64,000 nt of DNA from a virus, in the IMG/VR virus record IMGVR_UViG_3300032182_000187, positions 8,497 to 72,496 of that record. One strand, given 5' to 3'. Shown piece by piece: positions 55,489-64,000 of the stretch. A model generated the notes under the pieces. It was not told the origin of the DNA and searched no databases. It saw only the letters and a program-made list of their open reading frames with translations. The position numbers and the translations under genes are program-made. The stretch's first letter is position 1; every line of letters begins with the position of its first letter.

Positions 55489-55519
55489 ATAGTATCCCAC
55501 GAAATGCCCTACGTGTCAA
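55489..55519 (-). promoter_or_regulatory. Sigma70-type promoter of the helicase
   Basis: TTGACA (55514-55519)-17 nt-GATACT, with overlapping TACTAT. Confidence 0.7.
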
Positions 55520-55524
55520 CCCCC

Positions 55525-55553
55525 TTGACAAAACCTCAGTAGATCAGTAGAAT
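55525..55553 (+). promoter_or_regulatory. Divergent sigma70-type promoter, antisense to the late tail genes
   Basis: TTGACA (55525-55530)-17 nt-TAGAAT (55548-55553). Confidence 0.7.
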
Positions 55554-55567
55554 AACTCTGCCAAGGT

Positions 55568-55945
55568 TCACTGATATGGTAGCTCTGTTAATCCTTTGAT
55601 ACTATTATTTCCTGCAAGGAACATACCATTACAGAACAAATAATACTGAACAAAGTAATCAGGATCTGCTAGATCTTCAGCACGTTCTGGTAGATTCTCC
55701 GCAACAAATGCTCTTGCTTCCTCTTCAGTATCCCAGTAGATGAATACGAACTCATTATATAATAATTTATCAAACATGCCAGGATATTCTGACAGGTTAA
55801 GATGATATGCAGAATAGATCTTGTTTGCTTTAGTAGCATCCTCTACACCATCAGGACCAACAGTCCTCAAGATCATTAGATATCTTCTTTCATCTTCTTG
55901 ACCAGTCAGGTCATTAGCAAAACTAAGAAAATCGTGTACTTGCAT
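55568..55945 (-). CDS. Hypothetical protein of the tail cluster
   Basis: 125 aa; last gene of the fibre operon. Confidence 0.75.
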   Translation of the reverse strand: MQVHDFLSFANDLTGQEDERRYLMILRTVGPDGVEDATKANKIYSAYHLNLSEYPGMFDKLLYNEFVFIYWDTEEEARAFVAENLPERAEDLADPDYFVQYYLFCNGMFLAGNNSIKGLTELPYQ

Positions 55946-55947
55946 GA

Positions 55948-56886
55948 TTACTCCGATACTGTTAGCGTATTGATATCAAAGTCAAAGAGTCCTTCTGCTA
56001 ATTTATATTGCACCATGATATCATATAGTTGTTTGTCTACAGGTGTCCCTCTTTCATTACGTAACTTTTGATTGTTGATGATTGCAATCTCATTTCTTCT
56101 AATATAGATTTGTTTAGTAGTAGAAACAGACTCTGGATATACACTGTATTGATCATCAGTCTCTAGATATCTACCACTGTCTCTATATTCAGCATGATAA
56201 ACTAATGGATCAATAGGCCATTTAAATTCTGCCTTGTAGATAAGATAATCTAATTGGTCATCAAATGCATTAGGAGCTTTAACTATATCTCTAAGTTTTG
56301 CTCTCCACTGTGTCCATAACACTTTTTCCCCACTAAATGTTTCTGGATAATCATCTAAGACTCTATAATCAGACTCACGTAATAGTTCATCTCTTTGCTC
56401 AACCATGTGAGCGTAGACTTCTTCAAGATACGCATCTTTTTCAAGAATCTCTAACACTGCCTTATCTCTAGCAGTAACATTAGATTCAATCTGAATGAAT
56501 ACTGTTGCTTTTAATACATTAAAGATAGTAGTAGCATCTTCTAAAGTGAAATCATCTACGTCATATTTGACAAAAAATGATTTATCCTCTTTAAAATTGT
56601 ACTTAAGTTTTTGTTTCATTGCATAGAATGTACCATCTTCATAAATTGCAAAGAACAACAACTGATCTTTTGCATGATGATACTCATCAGGAAGACCAGT
56701 TAGTACATTATTGTTCAATTCATTACCAAGATATACTGATTGATACTTATATCCACCATTGGTAGCATCTTCAGTACGCACTAGAATGAGTTTAGATTTA
56801 GAGTCATACTCAAGCAAAGCTTTCTCCAGTCCTTCTGGAACTGGAGATAAATCTTGCAAAATAAAGTCTTGTGGGGTAAATGCCAT
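55948..56886 (-). CDS. Tail fibre assembly chaperone-domain protein
   Basis: 312 aa; RDELLRESDY...D.P...WTQWRAKLRDI...WP motif; directly follows the fibre gene. Confidence 0.75.
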   Translation of the reverse strand: MAFTPQDFILQDLSPVPEGLEKALLEYDSKSKLILVRTEDATNGGYKYQSVYLGNELNNNVLTGLPDEYHHAKDQLLFFAIYEDGTFYAMKQKLKYNFKEDKSFFVKYDVDDFTLEDATTIFNVLKATVFIQIESNVTARDKAVLEILEKDAYLEEVYAHMVEQRDELLRESDYRVLDDYPETFSGEKVLWTQWRAKLRDIVKAPNAFDDQLDYLIYKAEFKWPIDPLVYHAEYRDSGRYLETDDQYSVYPESVSTTKQIYIRRNEIAIINNQKLRNERGTPVDKQLYDIMVQYKLAEGLFDFDINTLTVSE

Positions 56887-56905
56887 CGTAGTCTTTTATA
56901 TGTAT

Positions 56906-59900
56906 TTAGAACGCTTTGATCATCCAGTGGACATATGAGTATGGTGCGATCAAAGGAACTTTATCTTTTGGTGATAATTCAGGAACAGGAATCAACTGTT
57001 TAGTCTGATTTAATACAAATGTTCCAGGAAGAATTTCCATTCCAACTTCAAAAGAATCAAATCTCATATCTACTTCAGTGGTAGCAAATGTACTACCAGC
57101 AGTCATAACACCAGCACCATCATCTTTACCCCAACTAAATGTTTGATCAGGATCACCTGGATCATTTAAACTAATGTAGTGACTGTGTTTTGCTCTTGTT
57201 GGTCTATATGCTTGTACTTGGATAAATTTCTCAGGAACATCAACTGCACCAATAAATCTATACGAACTACCAGAACTATTTGATGATCCACCAGACCATG
57301 TTTCTAGGTTAATATAAGAAGCAATTTCATTGTAATTACTTCCGTCTTTTTCAATGTTGGGTTGCTCCACAGTCAATGAAGAATACTTGTCATCAATATA
57401 TTCTCCAACAAATCCAGAATCTGAACTCCATTCTTTACTACTTTTAGCAAAAATAGGGATGTTTCCATCATCATTTGACGAGATGTCTGTTCTTGGAACG
57501 TTATCTGGATTTTGAATTAGATAATCTCCAGTTGCATATCCCCAGATATTGATTCTAGTTACATCTGTAACAATAGAAGGACCGTCTTCACCTGCTTTAC
57601 TGGTAAGTTCGATTGCTTGGTTTGAATAAGCACCAGATCTACCCCACTGGACATAACCTTTGTTCCTGGATGGATCGGGAGCGCCAGAAACTAGATCGTG
57701 GAAGTGTCTAGGAATGTCACGAATTTGTGCTTGACCTATACTAATAACACCGCCCATCTGTCCAGTTGCTTGGAATTCTACTGCTCCTTGAACATTAGAA
57801 TATCCTTCAGTTCTGACATTAGCAATAGTAAAGAATGGACTTTGTTGTGCTGGTTGTCCATCAGGAGGAGTAATTACTTGTTCAAATTCATTATTGTCTC
57901 CCTGAGTATCAACACCAGGATCACCAATAGTATTAATAAACCATTGTCCACCTTGAGATCCTGGAATATTTCCAGATGCATTGATAGATGACTTTGCGGG
58001 TCCATACAATGGATTCAAAATTGGTGATGATGATGAGTTGCCATCAATAGGACCAGTTCCAACAATTCTTCTATTCCTCATGTCAGGAACTTTGAATAGA
58101 TTCGGATCTGCGGTTGTTGCACCGTAGTCAAAATCAAGAACTTCAAATAACAATGGATAGTCTAATTTATTTACATATCTACCATCACAATACACCCATC
58201 CATGGAATCTAGAGTCTGCTTTACCATCCAAGACACCCCAGTTGTCTGCTAATCCATCTTTGTTAACTGCAGTAGAGTCTTGGAACACTGGCATAATAGT
58301 TCCAATTGGTAGACCCTCAAATTTAGTAGAGAATCTAATCTGACCGTCTCCTCCTGGTTTAATAGTTTGAATACTACTATACCATTGACCTCTAATAGGA
58401 TCTTGAACAGGAGAGTTAGCAAATACTGTGAACGGTGTTTGATATGATCCGACAGTAACAATACCACTAGTATCGAAACCAGCAACAGCAGATGCAAGAA
58501 GTCTAACTCGGAACTGTTGTCCTGCTGTAATAGTTACAGCATCTAGAACATCAATGGTTGAATATGTTCCAGTGAGACCAATATCAAATTGGATGCCATT
58601 AGTACCATAAATTGGTACTGCAACATTAATACCATTTACAAGAATAATCTCATTAGATTCACCATATTGTAGTGGTTCTGCAAATACATCAGTGAATAAA
58701 AATGGGTCTGGGTTTACACCAAAATTACCTTCATTAGAAACTTGCCATTGAGTTGTATATGTACCACATTCAATAGTAAAATCAACACTATCTCCTAAGA
58801 TATTAGAAGTTTGATATTCTAATTTAATTACATCATTTTGTTGAACAGTTACTTCACTTAAACCTGTCTGGTCACCATTAAGAATAATAGTTGCATTTGG
58901 TGTACCACCATCATCTCTAGTAACTCTAAAGAATGTTGTTGAATCAATTCCTCTAATAGTAACAGAGTTAATTGATGTTACCAAAAGATCTAATGGTTGA
59001 TCTTCTAGTGGGAAGAAGAAGAAATTATCTGGTGTGATATCTGGTTCGTCCATAGTACGAACTTCAAATTTCTTCGGTGGTGATACAGGTGTAGATCCTA
59101 CTTGTACAGTAGTGGATACTGTTGTTTGATAGTCCTCAGATGCAGGTAATCTTACCTTAAAATATTGATTATTACTAATGTATAATGGATTGCCAATTCC
59201 CGCAGCAGTGAAAGCACTACAAGTATCTACAGGACCACAAATAGCAAGTTCTGCACCAGTTCCACCAACAGTGTAAATTTCTACAGCAGTGTTAATACCA
59301 GAAATGAGAATAGGTTCTGATACAATTAAATTTGGATCAGTTGTTGTGCTTGGTTCTACATCATTTACTGGAGGAATTTCAAATGGGTTAGGTAGAGTAT
59401 CGGGTGGTTCGCCAGTTTCTACTTCCCATGTAAATCTCTTGATACCAATGTCAATAGTGCTAACATATTTTGAATAATAATCAAGACCAGTAGTCATTCT
59501 AAGTTGAATCCACTGTTCATTTGCAACTAGAACTGAAGGAGAATCCCAATCTGATATTAATGTAACCCCATCAGTATCATATACTCTTACTTGACAATCA
59601 TTTTCTGCTACTGTCACCAATACTAAACCAGTAATACCTCTAACTTGTACGATGTTAGAATCAACAGTGGTATTTGGAGTTTGACCAGTTAAAGTATTAA
59701 ATGTAACTGGTTCTGGATCTCTATCTTGTGGAGGGAATCCAAGGAGAATAAATCCGCCATCTCCTGATGCTGCTCCTTGCTGTGGTGGTACAGTTTCGCC
59801 ACCAACAATATCAAGACCTAAATTACCTGCTAAAGTAACATAGGTATTATCATAATAAGCACCACCACCTTGTCCAGCAGTGGTATCAAGGTCATCTGTT

Positions 59901-62452
59901 TGTACTTCAACACCAAACGCATCATCTCTAGTGGTTAACAAGGAACCAGCAGTTCCCCATCCACCTCCACCACCTCCAGGTCCACCACCTTGCGAAGGAT
60001 TATCATCAGCATCTTCTGCACCAATACCAGATAAACTATTTCTAAGTGATCCTTGAGTGAGATAATTGCCATGCATATTATCTGGAGGAACTTCAGTATC
60101 ATTACCAGCACCTGCACCACCTGCACCACCACCTGCTAAAACAAGAACAGTACCATCAACTAATGCAATAGCAGTGGCACCGCCACCACCTCCACCAGAA
60201 CCAGATCTATCGCCAGGTCCAGCATCGCCACCATTGCCACCAGTGTCATATCCCCACCCACCATTGCCTCCAGAAGCAGATGCGGTGAAAGTAACTCCAT
60301 CCTGACCAGCAGCACCTAAGTACAAGTTAAGTTGATTGTTTGCAATTAGGTATGAAACTGGTAGCGTTAATGTACCTCTCATTTCATTACCAGCTGCTCC
60401 AGCACCACCAAAACTTTGTGGAGCGTCATCTCCACCATTACCACCACCAGCACCAGTAACAACAAAATCTACATTTTGTGCGTACGTTGGAACATTTACG
60501 ACAAGAGGAGCACTAATGTCGCCAGCATTTTTATACGTTACATAGTCATAATTTTCTTTACCAGTGTAAAGATAAACAGTATCACTCCTAGTGCCAATTT
60601 GTATAGTTGCGTAGACATAACTACCAAGTGTAGTTGATGCCACCATTTTAACTTGAATAGTATCTCCTTCTACCACATTTGGAATATTATTTCCGTTAAA
60701 GGTAGAACCATCTTTACTAATTTGCGCTCCAGATGCTGGACTCGAATCAGTAATATTAACGGTAACAGGTTCATCAATACCTACAACTTCAAAAGTAGTG
60801 ATAACTACTTCGCCAGGTAAGGCATTATATGTATTAGACGATTTAAATGGATATGGTGTTACACGAGCTTGTCTATTTTTGATAGTAATAGTATCAGTTA
60901 CATCAGGTCTTGATCTATTTGCTACATCTGGACCCTCAGTTGGGTTTCCATTAGGTCCACCAAATGGAGGACCTTCAAATAATAGAGTGCTAGTAAAGCT
61001 AGTGTTATATGTAAGAGGAGAGCGTTGTCTAATTGTAATTAAATCACCATTTTTAACGTACATGGATTGTACCCATGGACCACCAACATTTTTGTTTCTG
61101 ATATCTGCGTTACCACCAGAAACTCTGGCAAGAACATATACATCATTTAAATTATTAGGATCATTACCACCAACTGCAAAGTTATCTTTAATAGGACCAG
61201 TTGGTTGGAGATTAATAAATCCAGATCTAGTAATATCTAATGGTTGTTCTAAATCTAGATATGCACCACCAACATACTCTACACCAAGACCACTGATTGG
61301 CAGATCTGCATAGTAATATCCATACACAATCTCGTCTAATTCATCTTCAATAGAAACGTTTGCATAATTGTATACATTTTGACTGGATACAACAACTTCA
61401 TCACCATCTGAAATAATATAGATGGGTTTGCATTCTACTGGATCTGGATAACGCTTTACCTCAGTCCATACATTCCAATCATCTTGCTCATCTCCAGTCT
61501 CTTGAATGACAGAATATTGTCTACTTACATTTAGATCAGGTCTGCCGTATGTTCCTGCTTCATTATTGTCATAATAATTACCATTACCATCATCATAAGT
61601 TTCACTAGGAACAGCATATACTCTAACATCTGTCTCTGTTTTTTCAGTCCAAGTTCCAATAGCAACTCTAGTGTAGATAGTATCTCCCAATACTACATTT
61701 CTAAGATCTTGTGTCCAGTTAATACCATCTTTAGATACTTCACCATCTTCTGTTGCAGTTGCTCTAAGAACACAGTCATCATCAATTAAGTCAGTGTCTA
61801 ATGTTACTGATTTGTATGTACCAAGTTCTGCTTCAAGTACATCAACAAAATCAGTAAAAACAATAGGACCAATGGATTGCTTTTGATCTCTAGTAGTAAT
61901 TGACCAAGTATCAATTACTCTAGTCGATGCCTCTCCAATACTTGTACCAAATGTCTCGTCACCAACAGTGAGTTCAACATTTGTTGTAGTTGTGTACCAT
62001 TTTTCTGTTTTAACTCTTAATCTAATAGTGTCACCGTTCTGAACATTAGCAGTAGTTACCCACGTTCCACTACTATTAACTTCAAATGCAGCAAAAGACT
62101 GATTACCTGTTAGATCTCTTCCGCCAACATTTGGGTTCTGTGGACCACTTGTAGTTACAGAGATGTTTGCGGGAATAACAATTTCAATACCATTTAATAA
62201 AATAGTGTTTGAATAGTAAAAACTGTCCTTCTCAAATGTTTGTACTGCTTGGTTTAACTCATTAGTACCATTTTGATTGACAAAAGTAAAGGGATCTACA
62301 GTAGCATCAGGAATTCTTGTACCAAACGTAACGTCAGTAGGATCTAGTCCAGTACCAATTTGGACCTGAACGGTAGTTTGTGTATTCCATGTGGATGGTG
62401 TAGGGTATCTAATCTGTACCTGATCACCCTTACCTACTAAAACCTTAGCCAT
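56906..62452 (-). CDS. Tail fibre protein with tail-collar and glycine-rich domains
   Basis: 1848 aa; PIGTIMP...GWVYCDG...YPLLFEVL...FKVPDMR collar domain; HFH and HSH motifs; C-terminal WMIKAF; PDPFxF repeats. Confidence 0.85.
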   Translation of the reverse strand: MAKVLVGKGDQVQIRYPTPSTWNTQTTVQVQIGTGLDPTDVTFGTRIPDATVDPFTFVNQNGTNELNQAVQTFEKDSFYYSNTILLNGIEIVIPANISVTTSGPQNPNVGGRDLTGNQSFAAFEVNSSGTWVTTANVQNGDTIRLRVKTEKWYTTTTNVELTVGDETFGTSIGEASTRVIDTWSITTRDQKQSIGPIVFTDFVDVLEAELGTYKSVTLDTDLIDDDCVLRATATEDGEVSKDGINWTQDLRNVVLGDTIYTRVAIGTWTEKTETDVRVYAVPSETYDDGNGNYYDNNEAGTYGRPDLNVSRQYSVIQETGDEQDDWNVWTEVKRYPDPVECKPIYIISDGDEVVVSSQNVYNYANVSIEDELDEIVYGYYYADLPISGLGVEYVGGAYLDLEQPLDITRSGFINLQPTGPIKDNFAVGGNDPNNLNDVYVLARVSGGNADIRNKNVGGPWVQSMYVKNGDLITIRQRSPLTYNTSFTSTLLFEGPPFGGPNGNPTEGPDVANRSRPDVTDTITIKNRQARVTPYPFKSSNTYNALPGEVVITTFEVVGIDEPVTVNITDSSPASGAQISKDGSTFNGNNIPNVVEGDTIQVKMVASTTLGSYVYATIQIGTRSDTVYLYTGKENYDYVTYKNAGDISAPLVVNVPTYAQNVDFVVTGAGGGNGGDDAPQSFGGAGAAGNEMRGTLTLPVSYLIANNQLNLYLGAAGQDGVTFTASASGGNGGWGYDTGGNGGDAGPGDRSGSGGGGGGATAIALVDGTVLVLAGGGAGGAGAGNDTEVPPDNMHGNYLTQGSLRNSLSGIGAEDADDNPSQGGGPGGGGGGWGTAGSLLTTRDDAFGVEVQTDDLDTTAGQGGGAYYDNTYVTLAGNLGLDIVGGETVPPQQGAASGDGGFILLGFPPQDRDPEPVTFNTLTGQTPNTTVDSNIVQVRGITGLVLVTVAENDCQVRVYDTDGVTLISDWDSPSVLVANEQWIQLRMTTGLDYYSKYVSTIDIGIKRFTWEVETGEPPDTLPNPFEIPPVNDVEPSTTTDPNLIVSEPILISGINTAVEIYTVGGTGAELAICGPVDTCSAFTAAGIGNPLYISNNQYFKVRLPASEDYQTTVSTTVQVGSTPVSPPKKFEVRTMDEPDITPDNFFFFPLEDQPLDLLVTSINSVTIRGIDSTTFFRVTRDDGGTPNATIILNGDQTGLSEVTVQQNDVIKLEYQTSNILGDSVDFTIECGTYTTQWQVSNEGNFGVNPDPFLFTDVFAEPLQYGESNEIILVNGINVAVPIYGTNGIQFDIGLTGTYSTIDVLDAVTITAGQQFRVRLLASAVAGFDTSGIVTVGSYQTPFTVFANSPVQDPIRGQWYSSIQTIKPGGDGQIRFSTKFEGLPIGTIMPVFQDSTAVNKDGLADNWGVLDGKADSRFHGWVYCDGRYVNKLDYPLLFEVLDFDYGATTADPNLFKVPDMRNRRIVGTGPIDGNSSSSPILNPLYGPAKSSINASGNIPGSQGGQWFINTIGDPGVDTQGDNNEFEQVITPPDGQPAQQSPFFTIANVRTEGYSNVQGAVEFQATGQMGGVISIGQAQIRDIPRHFHDLVSGAPDPSRNKGYVQWGRSGAYSNQAIELTSKAGEDGPSIVTDVTRINIWGYATGDYLIQNPDNVPRTDISSNDDGNIPIFAKSSKEWSSDSGFVGEYIDDKYSSLTVEQPNIEKDGSNYNEIASYINLETWSGGSSNSSGSSYRFIGAVDVPEKFIQVQAYRPTRAKHSHYISLNDPGDPDQTFSWGKDDGAGVMTAGSTFATTEVDMRFDSFEVGMEILPGTFVLNQTKQLIPVPELSPKDKVPLIAPYSYVHWMIKAF

Positions 62453-62483
62453 AGATGCCTTTTTAGATCAGCCCTTCTCGTAT

Positions 62484-62491
62484 TATTTATA
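62484..62491 (-). promoter_or_regulatory. T4 late promoter (TATAAATA)
   Basis: Perfect consensus 31 nt upstream of the fibre ATG. Confidence 0.85.
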
Positions 62492-62663
62492 GGTCGGAAG
62501 GATCAATTAAAATCCACTCTCCATTGTTAACCTTGACTTCAATAGGAACATTAGACTTGATCTCCTGCTTTGTTTTTTCAGGTATATCATCAATCTCAAC
62601 AATTTTTGATACAAAAAAGTCGTCAGGTTTTTGATTGTTTGCGTGTCTATCAGTAAATTTCAT
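62487..62663 (-). CDS. Small protein resembling a single fibre module (not in ORF track)
   Basis: 58 aa MKFTDRHANNQKPDDFFVSKIVEIDDIPEKTKQEIKSNVPIEVKVNNGEWILIDPSDL; ATGA overlap with the upstream gene. Confidence 0.65.
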   Translation of the reverse strand: MKFTDRHANNQKPDDFFVSKIVEIDDIPEKTKQEIKSNVPIEVKVNNGEWILIDPSDL

Positions 62664-62908
62664 GCTGGTGTTTCTGTAGTTTCATTAGAATGCTCTGTCA
62701 ATGTTGGCATGACGGCATCGCAAAAAGTTCTAATTCTTTCTTCGTAGATAGAGTAATCCGTAGATTTTTGAATTCTATAGTAATCTTTGGTCTGTAGATT
62801 GCCATCTGCATCTACAACGTCATAGTAAAATTCCACATAACCATAGATGGTAGCATCATCGGGAACTGTGAAATACTTGACTGTTATTTCTGATAAGTGC
62901 TTGACCAT
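62660..62908 (-). CDS. Hypothetical protein
   Basis: 82 aa, within the late cluster. Confidence 0.65.
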   Translation of the reverse strand: MVKHLSEITVKYFTVPDDATIYGYVEFYYDVVDADGNLQTKDYYRIQKSTDYSIYEERIRTFCDAVMPTLTEHSNETTETPA

Positions 62909-62920
62909 TTTTATTTTTAT

Positions 62921-64000
62921 TTAGTCCATGAGATTAGGATTTTCCCACCCGTTAGGATCGAATTGCGTTTCTGTAATGTTTTTAACATTAACTTCTAAAT
63001 CTTCATTGTCGCTCTTAATTTGAACACCATATGGATATTCTAACTCAATGTTCCAATTATCCGCAATTTCTTCAACAATAGTGGGTGATACCAAATATTC
63101 TTTACTATCTGTTGCTGGTCCAGTATAATTCGGTGCTGGAAATGGTACAGCATCTTTTAAGTCACCAAAATCAAATAGTTCTTCTACGTTTGGTGCTCTC
63201 GTTGTTGCGTTAAATGAGAATGATCGTGTCCCAATAGTATAAGTAAAAGTCTGTGTATTTGTCAGTCCGTTTTCATCTGTATTAAATGGTGGGGCGTCAA
63301 ATCTAAAGTTTAAAATTTCCCCATTACTAACAAGAGTTTGTGTAGTCCATGATGCGCCTACTTTTACAAACAATCCAGCACTACATGTAACTGAAGTTGG
63401 TATGTCAATACCACCAACCGCAGTTGTGTTAACTTCTACTAAATTTCCTGGTCCAGGTTCTAAATTGGTAACATCATTTACCGTAACTGTTGTTGGAGTG
63501 GTGTCATTATATGCTTCAATTAAGACATCCTCTACGATAACATTTGTGCCAGTAGTTGCTTGTAGATAATAATATCTTTGAGATGGTGAGTTATTAGTTT
63601 CTACTACTGATTGAGGTAAATCATTTATATTAAATGTTCCACTAAACCCTATTGTCGTAACGCCTTCACCAGCAGTAGAACCAATTAAAGTTGCATTAGA
63701 CATATTAAGATCAAAATTTGATCCTCCTTTATACAACCTAACAGTTACTGCATCTGCTGTTGTCCACACTAAAGTTGAGTTGTATTTTGGACCACCATTT
63801 GTACTAGTTACTGTAGTTGGAGCAGCATCAAATTCGCTAATTTCTGGTGTAACAATAGTATATTGCAGGGCAAATGTGCCATTACCATAAAAATTGTCAT
63901 TGACACCATCAACTCTAGATACTAATGAACTGTAATAACGACTACCTCCGCCGCCTCCAGGTCCTCCTCCACGGTTTTTGTCAATACCAGGATAACCACC
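62921..64000 (-). CDS. Glycine-rich virion/fibre-associated protein, 5' end outside the window
   Basis: The frame of track ORF 62921-63769 stays open to base 64000 (GGYPGIDKNRGGGPGGGGGSRYY...). Confidence 0.8.
   Translation of the reverse strand, partial: GGYPGIDKNRGGGPGGGGGSRYYSSLVSRVDGVNDNFYGNGTFALQYTIVTPEISEFDAAPTTVTSTNGGPKYNSTLVWTTADAVTVRLYKGGSNFDLNMSNATLIGSTAGEGVTTIGFSGTFNINDLPQSVVETNNSPSQRYYYLQATTGTNVIVEDVLIEAYNDTTPTTVTVNDVTNLEPGPGNLVEVNTTAVGGIDIPTSVTCSAGLFVKVGASWTTQTLVSNGEILNFRFDAPPFNTDENGLTNTQTFTYTIGTRSFSFNATTRAPNVEELFDFGDLKDAVPFPAPNYTGPATDSKEYLVSPTIVEEIADNWNIELEYPYGVQIKSDNEDLEVNVKNITETQFDPNGWENPNLMD

Overview
The window is a 64-kb segment of a T4-like marine cyanophage (Kyanoviridae-type myovirus), with essentially all real genes on the minus strand. 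Read in the direction of transcription (right to left) it has three parts. (1) A late tail-fibre cluster at about 55.6-64 kb: a collar/glycine-rich fibre, a tail-assembly chaperone and small ORFs. (2) An early/accessory region at about 42.3-55.5 kb: SF2 helicase, two 2OG-Fe(II) oxygenases, a carbamoyltransferase, a GP88-like protein, two KTSC-like proteins and many 40-130 aa ORFs, several missing from the ORF track. It also carries sigma70-type promoters, a recurring GTGCCAC-N9-TGTCC box, an NtcA-type site, 24-bp tandem repeats, hairpins and three cyanobacterial-type DnaA boxes, which together suggest an origin region. (3) The late baseplate/virion module: PAAR-like protein, gp25, gp6, gp7, gp8, VrlC-like protein, further structural proteins, a 3489-aa fibre-like protein and three tandem glycine-rich paralogues. 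The most striking observation is that the 3489-aa virion protein contains two phycobiliprotein-like helical domains that keep cysteines matching both bilin-attachment positions; one of these domains is split by nested beta-domains. No rRNA, tRNA, CRISPR array or transposase was recognised. All family assignments come from motif recognition by eye; no searches were run.
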